DNA of 64,000 nt from Phycisphaerales bacterium (GTDB lineage Bacteria > Planctomycetota > Phycisphaerae > Phycisphaerales > UBA1924), in assembly GCA_965227775.1 (NCBI GenBank), contig OZ245777.1, forward strand, positions 1,504,001-1,568,000, written 5' to 3'. Shown here one piece after another: positions 18,822-28,118 of the stretch. A program made the position numbers and the translations under genes. The notes under the pieces were generated by a model. That model saw only the letters and a program-made list of their open reading frames with translations. It was not told the origin of the DNA and made no database searches. Every line of letters starts with the position of its first letter. Position 1 is the first letter of the stretch.

Positions 18822-20861
18822 ATGGGTGTGATGAAGCGACTGGGCACCGCGAGCGTCGCGCTCTTGGCGAGCGCCACGCTCTGGGCACAAGACTGTGAGT
18901 TCGACGCGCTCAATTCCCTGGAAGGGAGCGCCCAAGACGTCGTGATCCGGGACGGCATCGCGTACATCGCGATGAGCCAGGGCGGCCTGCACATCGTCGA
19001 TGCGTCGGTCCCATCGGCGCCGCGGCTGCTCTCGATCGTGAACACGGAACAGCTCAGCAGCCTTGATGTGTCGGGCGACCTCGTTGTCCTCGCGGATCCC
19101 TTCGACGGCATGTACGTGATTGACGTTGAAGATCCGACCAGTCCGGAAGTACTGTCGTTGGTTGACCTTCCCGAGTTCTCTTCGAATGTCACCATTGTGG
19201 GCGATCTTGTCTACGTGGCTGCGAATACAAGAGGCTTGCAGATCCAGAGCATTGCCGACCCTCGCAATCCGGTCGTGGTTGGGTCGCTCTCGTTCTCCGG
19301 GCAAGCCCGTGATGTTCAGGTCCGCGGTGGCATCGCCTACGTCGCAAATGGAATTTCCGGATTCCGCACCATTGACGTTCGTAATCCAAGCGCCCCGCAG
19401 TTGATCGCCTTGTTGGATACCCCCGATTTCGCGAGGGACGTGGCGATCGACGGCGACTATGCCTACGTCGCCGATGAGGACAGCGGTGTCTTGGTTATAG
19501 ACATCAGCGATGCCGCGTCGCCTTCGATCGTTGGCCAGCTCGAGACGCCGCAGTCCATTTATGGCGTCTCGGTGATCGGCGACCGGCTGTACGCCGGCGA
19601 ACGGTCCTCCGCCTTCGTCTCGATGCTGCGCATCGCCGACATCTCCGACCCCACCAGTCCCACTGATCTGGGCGCGGCCGATATGCCGGACGTCACCACG
19701 GATCTCGATGTCGAGGGAACGCTGGCGTGCGTGGCCAATCGTTGTGCGGGCGTGCAGTTCGTGGACGTATCGAACGTCCTCAGCCCCACCATCGTCGGGT
19801 CGCACATCACGCCCGACGAGGCGTACGGCGTGGCGCTTTCGGGCTCGGCCGCCTACGTCGTCAGCGAGACATGCGCAGACGGGTCAACGGAGGGCACGTT
19901 CTACACCATCAACCTCGATCGTCCGGAGATGCCCCTCACGGTCGGCTCGGTCGCGCTGCCCGGGCAGCTGCGCGCCGTGGCCTCGTTCGGAACCAACGCC
20001 ATCGTGGCCGCCGGCACGTCCGGCGTGGTCGTGGTGGACGCGTCGGATCTGGAAGCCCCTTCGCCGATCGGCCTGCTCGACACGCCCGGCGAGGCCCAGG
20101 ACCTCGAGGTCGTCGGTACGCTCGCGGCTGTCGCGGACGGCTCCTCGGGCCTGCAGCTCATCGATGTCTCCGACCCAAGCCGACCGTCGATCGTTGGCTC
20201 CATTCTGACCGCCGACGAGGCGATCAACATTGCGGTCCTTGGCAATCTCGCGTTCGTTGCCATGGACGACGCCGGCGTAGAGGTCATCGATATCTCCGAT
20301 CCGAGCTCGCCGGCATCCCTTTCGGTCTTCGATACCCCAGGCCGCGCGCAGGACGTCGCGGCCGAGCCAGGCGTCCTGTACATCGCCAACAGGTTTTCTG
20401 AGAACCTTGTGATCGTGGACACGACCAACCCCGCAGACCCGGTGGAACTTGCCAGCCTCGACTTGCCCGGCGAGGCGACACGCGTGGTAATCGAGGACGG
20501 CACGGCCCGCGTGGGCGCTCGCTTCAGTGGCGTGCATGTTGTGGACGTGCGTGATCCGAGTGCACCAGTCTTGCTCGGTACGAGTCGGCCCAGGGGCTTC
20601 GAAGAAACTACAGCCATAGCCTCAGCGGGAACCCTGACCGTGGTTGCTGACGATTCTTTCGGCTTTCGGGTCTTCGACGTGTCGCCGTGCGCGTGTCCGG
20701 TCGACCTCGACGGCGACGGCGCCCTCACCATCTTCGACTTCCTCGCCTTCGGTAACCTCTTCGACCTCATGGACCCCCGCGTCGACTTCGACGGCGACGG
20801 CGAGTTCACCATCTTCGACTTCCTCGCCTTCCAGAACGCCTTTGACGCCGGCTGCCCGTAG
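18822..20861 (+). CDS. secreted LVIVD-repeat (beta-propeller) protein with GC-type dockerin-like tail
   Basis: Many GL.IIDVS.P..P repeats of about 42 aa; signal peptide; tail CPVDLDGDG...FQNAFDAGCP. Confidence 0.9.
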   Translation: MGVMKRLGTASVALLASATLWAQDCEFDALNSLEGSAQDVVIRDGIAYIAMSQGGLHIVDASVPSAPRLLSIVNTEQLSSLDVSGDLVVLADPFDGMYVIDVEDPTSPEVLSLVDLPEFSSNVTIVGDLVYVAANTRGLQIQSIADPRNPVVVGSLSFSGQARDVQVRGGIAYVANGISGFRTIDVRNPSAPQLIALLDTPDFARDVAIDGDYAYVADEDSGVLVIDISDAASPSIVGQLETPQSIYGVSVIGDRLYAGERSSAFVSMLRIADISDPTSPTDLGAADMPDVTTDLDVEGTLACVANRCAGVQFVDVSNVLSPTIVGSHITPDEAYGVALSGSAAYVVSETCADGSTEGTFYTINLDRPEMPLTVGSVALPGQLRAVASFGTNAIVAAGTSGVVVVDASDLEAPSPIGLLDTPGEAQDLEVVGTLAAVADGSSGLQLIDVSDPSRPSIVGSILTADEAINIAVLGNLAFVAMDDAGVEVIDISDPSSPASLSVFDTPGRAQDVAAEPGVLYIANRFSENLVIVDTTNPADPVELASLDLPGEATRVVIEDGTARVGARFSGVHVVDVRDPSAPVLLGTSRPRGFEETTAIASAGTLTVVADDSFGFRVFDVSPCACPVDLDGDGALTIFDFLAFGNLFDLMDPRVDFDGDGEFTIFDFLAFQNAFDAGCP

Positions 20862-20913
20862 GGCGGACGGGGCGCCTGCGACACCGCCCCTCATTCTCGG
20901 ACGCGCGATCGTC

Positions 20914-20942
20914 TTGCGGTGGCACCGTGCTTTCGGTATCCT
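20914..20942 (+). promoter_or_regulatory. duplicated sigma70-type promoter, copy 1
   Basis: TTGCGG-N17-TATCCT followed by GAGAGGAG RBS. Confidence 0.65.
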
Positions 20943-20963
20943 GTGGGCGAGAGGAGTCCCGAG

Positions 20964-22115
20964 ATGCCCACACACCGACTCGCCGTGGCCGCGATGGCCA
21001 TTCTGCCCATGATCGCGATCGCCCCGCCCTCGATGGCCCAAGACTGCGACCCCACCGACCTCTTCGCGCCCCAGGTGACCTACACCGCGCCCTTCACCGT
21101 TCGGAGCATCGCGATCGGCGACCTGGACGGCGACGGCGACAACGACCTGGCCGTGGCGGCTGGCGACGATGGCGTATGGATCTTCCTGAATAACGGCGAT
21201 GGGGCGTTCGCCCCCGGGGTGCAGTTCAGGACGGGCATCGGGGCGGGTTCCGTTGTGCTCGGCGACCTCGACGGCGACGGGGACAACGACCTGGCCATGG
21301 TGAACTTCTTCAGCGACGACGTGAGCGTGCTGCTCAATGCCGGCGATGGCACGTCCTTCACCGCTGCGCGATACGGCGTCTTCGATCGACCGCGCTATCT
21401 GGCGCTCGGGGATCTGGACGGCGACGGAGACCCCGATCTTGCCTTGACGAACGAAGTGAGCGACAACACCGGCGTGCTGCTCAACAACGGCGACGGCACC
21501 TTTGGCCCCCTCATGGACGTGGGCTCGGGCGGCTTCTCGGGCGGCCTGGCGCTCGGCGACCTGGACGGCGACGGCGACAACGACCTGGCCGTGGCGAACT
21601 TCGTCATCAGCAACGACATCAGCGTGCTCATGAACAACGGCGACGGCACGTTCGCCGACGATGTGTTGTACGACGTGGGCGAGGCCCCGAACGCCGTGGC
21701 AATCGGCGACATGAACGGCGACGGTGCGCCCGATCTGGCGGTGTCGAACCAGGGCGACGAGAGCGTGAGCGTGCTGCTGAACGACGGCGCCGGTGGCTTT
21801 GGCCTCGAATCACAGTACAGCGTTGGCCGGGTCCCCTTTGGCGTGGCCATCGGCGACCTCGACCGTGACGGCGATCTCGATCTGGCCGTACCAAACCAGA
21901 GCAGCGGCAACCTCAGCGTGCTCCTCAACCGGTGCGGCCCCTTTGCCTGCGATGCCGACCTCGACGACGACGGCGAGCTGACGATCTTCGACTTCCTCGC
22001 GTTCCAGAACCTCTTCGATCTCATGGACCCGCTGGCCGACTTCGATGACGACGACGAGTTCACCATCTTCGACTTCCTCGCCTTCCAGAACGCCTTCGAC
22101 GCCGGCTGCCCGTAG
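20964..22115 (+). CDS. secreted FG-GAP/VCBS repeat protein with dockerin-like tail
   Basis: Repeated GDLDGDGDNDLAV...VSVLLNNGDGTF units; signal peptide; tail ends FQNAFDAGCP. Confidence 0.9.
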   Translation: MPTHRLAVAAMAILPMIAIAPPSMAQDCDPTDLFAPQVTYTAPFTVRSIAIGDLDGDGDNDLAVAAGDDGVWIFLNNGDGAFAPGVQFRTGIGAGSVVLGDLDGDGDNDLAMVNFFSDDVSVLLNAGDGTSFTAARYGVFDRPRYLALGDLDGDGDPDLALTNEVSDNTGVLLNNGDGTFGPLMDVGSGGFSGGLALGDLDGDGDNDLAVANFVISNDISVLMNNGDGTFADDVLYDVGEAPNAVAIGDMNGDGAPDLAVSNQGDESVSVLLNDGAGGFGLESQYSVGRVPFGVAIGDLDRDGDLDLAVPNQSSGNLSVLLNRCGPFACDADLDDDGELTIFDFLAFQNLFDLMDPLADFDDDDEFTIFDFLAFQNAFDAGCP

Positions 22116-22146
22116 TGCAACAAGCGTTCGCGAACACGTGATCGCC

Positions 22147-22175
22147 TTGCGTCGAGGGGCAATTCTCGGTATGCT
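22147..22175 (+). promoter_or_regulatory. duplicated sigma70-type promoter, copy 2
   Basis: TTGCGT-N17-TATGCT followed by GAGAGGAG RBS. Confidence 0.65.
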
Positions 22176-22196
22176 GTGACCGAGAGGAGCCCCGAG

Positions 22197-23477
22197 ATGC
22201 CCACCGCCCGCCTTGCCGTCTTCGTGATGGTCGCTACCGCCCTGCCTGCGACCGCCCTCGCCCAGACCTGCGACCCCGGTGCGATCCTCTCGCCCCAGGC
22301 GGCCTACGACGCCGGCGAGCGGCCACAATCGGTGGCGACGGGGGATCTCGATGGCGACGGCGATGCCGATCTGGTCGTGGTTGGCCAGACCGCACGCGAG
22401 GTCAGTGTGCTGTTGAACGACGGCGGCGGTGCCTTCGCCATCGATGCCCGGTATCGTGTGGATGGCTTCCCGAACACGGCGGCGGTCGGCGATGTGGATG
22501 GCGATCGTGACTTGGACATCGTGGCTGTCAGTTCGGCCACCGGCGACGTCCGCGTGCTGTTGAACACGGGCGATGGCACGTTCACGCCAGGTGGGATGTT
22601 CGCGGTTGGTGACGCGCCCGAATGGGTGGCCATAGGCGACCTGGACGGGGACGGAGACAACGACGTTGTGACGGGAAACATCTTCAGCGCCGACATCAGC
22701 GTGCTCCTGAACAACGGTGACGGCACGTTCACACCCGAGATGCGGTATGACCCGCGCAACGGCGTCGCGTTCGTCGCGATCGGAGATCTCGACGGCGACG
22801 GCGACAGCGATCTGGTCGCTGCGACGTTTCGGGCAACGGTGCTGCTCAACTCGGGCGACGGATCGTTTACGTTTGACGGCGCCTACGGCTCGGGCTCGCA
22901 GCTGGTGTCCGTGGCAATCGGTGATCTTGACGGCGATGGTGACGCCGACATTGTTGGTGCCAACCAGGACAGCAACGACGTCAGCGTGCTGCTCAACAGG
23001 GGCGATGGCACGTTCGGGCCCGACACGCTGTACGACGTCGGCTTCTTCCCGGTGTCCGTGGCGATCGACGATCTCGACGGCGATGGCGACGCCGATCTCG
23101 CGGTGGCCAATCGTTTCGACGACAGCATCAGTGTGCTGGCGAACAACGGTGACGGTACGTTCGCGGATGAAGTCCGGTATGCCACGGCCGACTCGCCACT
23201 CGTGGTGGCCATCGAGGATGTTGATGGCGATGGTAAGGCCGACGTTGTCACGGCCAACTACATCAGTCAGGATGTCAGCGTGCTTCTCAATGCCTGCGGC
23301 CCTGCCGACTGTGGCGCCGACCTTGATGGCGACGGCGAGCTGACGCTCTTGGACTTCTTGAAATTCCAGAACCTGTTTGCCTTGGGCGATTCGGCGGCCG
23401 ACTTCGACGGCGACGGCACGCTCACGCTGTTCGACTTCCTGGGCTTCAGCAACGCCTTCGACGCCGGCTGCCCGTAG
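22197..23477 (+). CDS. secreted FG-GAP/VCBS repeat protein with dockerin-like tail
   Basis: Seven [G/D/E]D[L/V]DGD repeats; signal peptide; tail ends FSNAFDAGCP. Confidence 0.9.
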   Translation: MPTARLAVFVMVATALPATALAQTCDPGAILSPQAAYDAGERPQSVATGDLDGDGDADLVVVGQTAREVSVLLNDGGGAFAIDARYRVDGFPNTAAVGDVDGDRDLDIVAVSSATGDVRVLLNTGDGTFTPGGMFAVGDAPEWVAIGDLDGDGDNDVVTGNIFSADISVLLNNGDGTFTPEMRYDPRNGVAFVAIGDLDGDGDSDLVAATFRATVLLNSGDGSFTFDGAYGSGSQLVSVAIGDLDGDGDADIVGANQDSNDVSVLLNRGDGTFGPDTLYDVGFFPVSVAIDDLDGDGDADLAVANRFDDSISVLANNGDGTFADEVRYATADSPLVVAIEDVDGDGKADVVTANYISQDVSVLLNACGPADCGADLDGDGELTLLDFLKFQNLFALGDSAADFDGDGTLTLFDFLGFSNAFDAGCP

Positions 23478-23529
23478 CGCGGTCGGGGCGTTCCCTGCGT
23501 TGGCGTTCGTTCTCGGACGCGCCATCGCC

Positions 23530-23558
23530 TTGCGTTGGCGTCGGGCCTCCGGTATGCT
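23530..23558 (+). promoter_or_regulatory. duplicated sigma70-type promoter, copy 3
   Basis: TTGCGT-N17-TATGCT followed by GAGAGGAG RBS. Confidence 0.65.
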
Positions 23559-23579
23559 GCCGCCGAGAGGAGTCCGAAG

Positions 23580-25109
23580 ATGTCAACGACCCGACTCGCA
23601 TTCCGCCTCGTGGCCGCCGCACTGGCACCGGCCCTCGCGCTGTCCACCATCGTTCCCGCGGTTGCGCTCGCCCAGCCCTGCGACCCGACACAGCTCTTCA
23701 CGCCCCCGGTGCCCTACGGCGTCGGCGGGCTCCCGCTTGCGGTGGCGATGGGCGACCTGGACGGCGACGGCGATCACGACCTCGTGGTGGTAAACACCGC
23801 AAACGACGACATCAGCGTCCTGCTCAACGACGGCACCGGCGCCCTCGCGCTCGAGGTGCGCTACGCCGCGGGCAGCGAGCCCGTGGCCGTGGCGATCGCC
23901 GACCTGGACGGCGACGGCGACAACGACCTGGTCGTCGCCAACAGCACCGGCGACGACGTCAGCGTCCTGCTCAACAACGGCGACGCGACCTTCGCGCCAG
24001 GTGTGCCCTACAGCCTCACAGATCGTCCAACGTCCATCGTTCTTGGCGACCTGGACGGCGACGGCGACACCGACCTCGCCGCCGCGGTCGATGGAATCGG
24101 CGGAGGCGTCGTCGGCGTGCTGCTCAACAACGGGGACGCCACGTTCGCACCCCAGGTGTCCTACGCGGTGGGCCAGCTGCCCGAAGCCATCGCGCTCGGC
24201 GATCTGGACGGCGATGGCGATAGTGATCTCGCCGTGGTGAACCTGATCGACGATACCGTCACCGTGCTGGTGAATGGTGGCGATGCCACGTTTCTGACCA
24301 GCACGCTGCTCAACGTGGGTGACCAACCCAACGCCGTAGCACTTGGTGACCTGGACGGTGACGGAGACCACGACCTGGTCGTCGCCAACTTCAGCGACGA
24401 CGACGTAAGCGTGCTGCTCAACAACGGCGACGCGACCTTCGCGCCCGGTGTGCGCTACCCCGTGGGCAGGCTGCCCGTCGCGGTTGCGATTGGCGACCTG
24501 GACGGCGACGGCGACCACGACCTAGTTGTCGCCAAAACCGCCAGCCTAGGTGGAGCCAACGACATCAGCGTGCTGCTCAACAACGGCGACGCGACCCTCG
24601 CGTCCGACGTGCGCTATGCCGCGGGCGAGAGCCCATCGTCCATAGCACTCGGCGATTTGAACGGCGACGGCAACCACGACCTCGCCGTCACGAATGCCGG
24701 CAGCGACGAGCTGAGCCTGCTGCGAAACCGGTGCGTGGCGTTGCCGCCGCGGATCACCACGCAACCCGGGCCGTTCGTGCTGCTGCCTCCCGGTGGCGGC
24801 GTGGCCGAGCTGCGCGTGGTCGCGGCCGGCACCGAGCCGTTGACCTACCGGTGGTTCCGCAATCGCCAGCCGCTCGCCGACGGCGGCGGCGTCTCGGGCG
24901 CGACCACGCCCGTCCTGACCATCAACGCCACGGTCGAGGACACCGCGACGTACGGCGTGCGGGTCACCAATGCCCTCGGGAGCGTGTTCAGCAATGAGGC
25001 GCTCATTGCCGTCGAGGTACCGTGCCGGGCCGACTTCGACGGCGACGGCACGCTCACGCTGTTCGACTTCCTGGGCTTCAGCAACGCCTTCGACACCGGC
25101 TGCCCGTAG
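23580..25109 (+). CDS. secreted FG-GAP repeat + Ig-like domain protein with a half dockerin-like tail
   Basis: Seven GDLDGDGD-type repeats; Ig-like PRITTQP..LTYRWFRN..DTATYGVRVTN; single tail repeat CRADFDGDG...FDTGCP. Confidence 0.9.
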   Translation: MSTTRLAFRLVAAALAPALALSTIVPAVALAQPCDPTQLFTPPVPYGVGGLPLAVAMGDLDGDGDHDLVVVNTANDDISVLLNDGTGALALEVRYAAGSEPVAVAIADLDGDGDNDLVVANSTGDDVSVLLNNGDATFAPGVPYSLTDRPTSIVLGDLDGDGDTDLAAAVDGIGGGVVGVLLNNGDATFAPQVSYAVGQLPEAIALGDLDGDGDSDLAVVNLIDDTVTVLVNGGDATFLTSTLLNVGDQPNAVALGDLDGDGDHDLVVANFSDDDVSVLLNNGDATFAPGVRYPVGRLPVAVAIGDLDGDGDHDLVVAKTASLGGANDISVLLNNGDATLASDVRYAAGESPSSIALGDLNGDGNHDLAVTNAGSDELSLLRNRCVALPPRITTQPGPFVLLPPGGGVAELRVVAAGTEPLTYRWFRNRQPLADGGGVSGATTPVLTINATVEDTATYGVRVTNALGSVFSNEALIAVEVPCRADFDGDGTLTLFDFLGFSNAFDTGCP

Positions 25110-25124
25110 CACGATCGAATTCGA

Positions 25125-26849
25125 TCAGCCGCTGCGTTCGAAGACTCTGACCGCGATCTTCTCGCCCGGTTTGCCAGCTGGGACGATCAGGTCGATGGTG
25201 AGCGCGCCTTCGAGGTCGACGGTGTGGCCGGTGCGCTCGTCGGTGTTGGTCAGGACCGGATTGCTGTCGGCGAGCACGTCTTCGGCGAGCACGACGTCAC
25301 CCTGCCAGAGTCGGAGGTCGATGTCGCGACCTGTGACGCTCTGAGCCGCGATGGTGTACCTGCGCCCTGGCGTGGCCTCGAACGTCCACGACGCTGTGTG
25401 CGAGCCATCGTCCGTCGTGTACGTGAACGTGTGGATCTCATCGCCCAGCAGCTGTGACATCTCGTCTTGTGGATTGGCGGATGGCATGTTGACCATCTCT
25501 TCGTATCCATCGAGCTGGTGGCCGATCCAGACTCGATCGACAAACCCACCTGAGCCGATGCGCACAAATGTGGGCGTCGACGCGACGCCGAAGCGTTCAG
25601 CCAAGTCGCCTCCGCGTTCGACGATGGTCAGCGGGTAGTGCTGGGCGAGCAGCGGATAGTGCCGGCGGACGTCGTTGTAGGTTGCGTCCTTGCCTCGGAT
25701 CGGCATCACGATCGGTACGACGCGGACCGTCCCGTCGGCGGATGCCACGGCGTCGTGGAGCCCCTGGATCGCGCGCTTCGCGAACGCACCGGGTGCGGTG
25801 GCGTTGACGAACACGAGCAGGGTGCGATCGGAGTCCGGGACGACCACGGGCTGCTGTGTCATCGACCAGGCGGTGATTGGTGGGGCCAGCGTATCCACGA
25901 GACGCATCGGTGTGTTGGGAGGCCAATCCTGCCACGGCGTGCCGATCGCCTGGTTCCCGAGGCGCTCCTGTTGGCCCTCACTCAGGAACATGGCGACGCG
26001 GTCGACGTCATCCTCTAAGGCCCGATCGACATCTCCACGGACATCGGCCTCGGTCACTTCATCAGCGTCAATCGCCACGCTGCTTGCGGCATACTCAACA
26101 CTCCGGATTTCGTCTTCCGGATCGAAGGGGCCCCGCCCGGCGGTGGGTTGAGCAAAGGTCGCAGAGGTGCATGCGTCGATCCAGCGCCCCTCGGCAGTCG
26201 TCGGGAATCGAATCTGCTCGGGCAAGTCCAGCGTGTCTGGGCCAATGCGACCGAGCGTCATCATCACGGTTGGCGTTCCGTCGTCGAGGACGTGCGGCGT
26301 ATTGCCGACGAATTGCCACATGTTGGTGATGGTCGTTCGGTGGTCAGGAGAGACCATCGTAAGTGTGCCAATCGGGAACACCGGTTCGGGCGGCAACGCA
26401 TCGCCGTTTGCTTGGAGGATTGCTCGAACGCTGCGCCCCGTCCACCCTGCCGGTGGGGCGGGGCGTTCGATGAATCTCCCCTCAATCCGGTCCACGACGA
26501 TCAGTGATTCGGTCGTGCAGATCGCGACGTGGGTGGGGGTGTCGATGCGAAACACCGCGTTGGCCGTCGCGTGCCATGTCGGCTTGGCATAGATCAAATG
26601 GAAGGTGTGTTCTTGGTCGGGCTCGATGCCGCCGAGGTCCTCGCCGAACAACTCGCCGATCAGAACCGCGTCGATCGCACCCCGTCGCTCCTCGGTCACG
26701 CTCAGGCGGAGCGTCTCGATCGAGCCGAGTTCTATCGACCATGAACCAAGATTCTCTGTGAGCATGCGCTGGGCGTCCGAGACCTGTGCGGATCCCACGC
26801 AAGCGAAGCAGATGACCGGCGCGATACCAAGGCGATAGGGCATACGCAT
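25125..26849 (-). CDS. secreted multidomain protein with TlpA/redoxin-like fold lacking CxxC
   Basis: Signal peptide; APPIT...LLVFVNAT...GGDLAERFGVASTPTFVRIGSGG redoxin pattern; C-terminal beta domain (DIDLRLW). Confidence 0.6.
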   Translation of the reverse strand: MRMPYRLGIAPVICFACVGSAQVSDAQRMLTENLGSWSIELGSIETLRLSVTEERRGAIDAVLIGELFGEDLGGIEPDQEHTFHLIYAKPTWHATANAVFRIDTPTHVAICTTESLIVVDRIEGRFIERPAPPAGWTGRSVRAILQANGDALPPEPVFPIGTLTMVSPDHRTTITNMWQFVGNTPHVLDDGTPTVMMTLGRIGPDTLDLPEQIRFPTTAEGRWIDACTSATFAQPTAGRGPFDPEDEIRSVEYAASSVAIDADEVTEADVRGDVDRALEDDVDRVAMFLSEGQQERLGNQAIGTPWQDWPPNTPMRLVDTLAPPITAWSMTQQPVVVPDSDRTLLVFVNATAPGAFAKRAIQGLHDAVASADGTVRVVPIVMPIRGKDATYNDVRRHYPLLAQHYPLTIVERGGDLAERFGVASTPTFVRIGSGGFVDRVWIGHQLDGYEEMVNMPSANPQDEMSQLLGDEIHTFTYTTDDGSHTASWTFEATPGRRYTIAAQSVTGRDIDLRLWQGDVVLAEDVLADSNPVLTNTDERTGHTVDLEGALTIDLIVPAGKPGEKIAVRVFERSG

Positions 26850-26960
26850 CTCGGATCATTGGGAATCCGAACGGAATGAGCAACGAGCCGGAGCCACATT
26901 CCGCGGGTAGAGCTTGTCTGCCCCCGAAAGGGCTGTGTGCGCCTGCAGGCCCAGCGTGAC

Positions 26961-28118
26961 CTATGCCTCGATGCCCAATCGCAGGAGCGGCACGCACCCA
27001 TCCGGATTGCTCGCCCCCGTCGCGTGTTCTCTCAGGTGCGCGATGAGTGAGAGCATGTCCTCGCGCGGCGGGGCGGTCAGCACGAGCGGCTCGCCGCTGA
27101 TCGGGTGCTCGAGGGCGAGCAGGGCGGCGTGGAGCATCTGGCGGTCGATGGTCTGACCGGGTAGTTCGAATGCTCTGCCGCCATACATGTCGTCGCCGAC
27201 GATCGGCCAGCCTCGATGGCTGCAATGCACGCGGATCTGGTGAGTGCGGCCGGTCTTGAGTTCGAGTTCTAATAGAGCAAAGTGCTGGTCGCCCACCGGC
27301 CGGTCGTGCAGGCGGTAACGCTCGCGCACGCGGGCGATGGTCAGGCTGGGCTTGCCGAGCTGGTCGTGGCGCACGACCTGCTTCTCGCGGTACCCCTTCT
27401 CCTTGCTGGGGTGGGGGCCGATGGGCTCGTCGATGGCCTCGATATCGGGGTCGAGCGCGCCCTTCGGGTCGCCCTGAACGATCGCAAGGTACCGCTTGTC
27501 GGTCGTCCGCTTCTCGAACTGCTGGCCGAGCTTCCAGTGGGCCTCCTCGGTCTTGGCAAAGACGATGACGCCCGTCGTGTCACGGTCGAGGCGGTGCACG
27601 ACGCCGGGGCGCGCGAGGTCGGCGCCGACCGGAGAAAGCTCGCCTGCACCGGAGTGCTGGAAGTGCCACGCGAGGGCGCTGAGCATGGTGCCCGTGTTGT
27701 GGCTGCGCGCCGGGTGCACGATGATGTCCGGCCGCTTGTTGAGGACGATCAGGTGCTCATCCTCATACAGCACGTCGATGGGGATGTCCTCGGCCTCGAT
27801 GTGTCCGCTGGGCGGCGGCGGTAGGACGAGCGAGACGGTGTCGTTCAAGCGCAGCTTGGTCGACGCCCGCGCGGGCTGACCGTTGACCATCGCCGCGCCG
27901 TCATCGATCATCCGCTGGATCTGGCTGCGGCTCATGAACGGGATGCGGCTGGTGAGGTACTTGTCGAGCCTGTCCTTGATGTCGCGCTGCAGGGTCAGCT
28001 CGACCCGGCGCGCATCGGCGTCGTCTGGCCCGAAGCGCTCGACCGCTGCGCGCAACGCATCCTGGTCGATCTTGCCGCCGGGGTCGATCAGAGAGGGAAG
28101 TTCGGGAGGCTGGCTCAC
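26961..28118 (-). CDS. rluD: RluA-family pseudouridine synthase with S4 domain (RluD-like)
   Basis: RLDKYL S4 domain, VHRLDRDTTGV catalytic motif, TGRTHQIRVH, RQMLHA. Confidence 0.88.
   Translation of the reverse strand: MSQPPELPSLIDPGGKIDQDALRAAVERFGPDDADARRVELTLQRDIKDRLDKYLTSRIPFMSRSQIQRMIDDGAAMVNGQPARASTKLRLNDTVSLVLPPPPSGHIEAEDIPIDVLYEDEHLIVLNKRPDIIVHPARSHNTGTMLSALAWHFQHSGAGELSPVGADLARPGVVHRLDRDTTGVIVFAKTEEAHWKLGQQFEKRTTDKRYLAIVQGDPKGALDPDIEAIDEPIGPHPSKEKGYREKQVVRHDQLGKPSLTIARVRERYRLHDRPVGDQHFALLELELKTGRTHQIRVHCSHRGWPIVGDDMYGGRAFELPGQTIDRQMLHAALLALEHPISGEPLVLTAPPREDMLSLIAHLREHATGASNPDGCVPLLRLGIEA

Noticed and set aside
21100..24700. Recurrent GACCTGGACGGCGACGGCGAC DNA repeats
   Set aside because: Explained by coding FG-GAP repeats; no reverse transcriptase or template/variable repeat pair that would indicate a DGR
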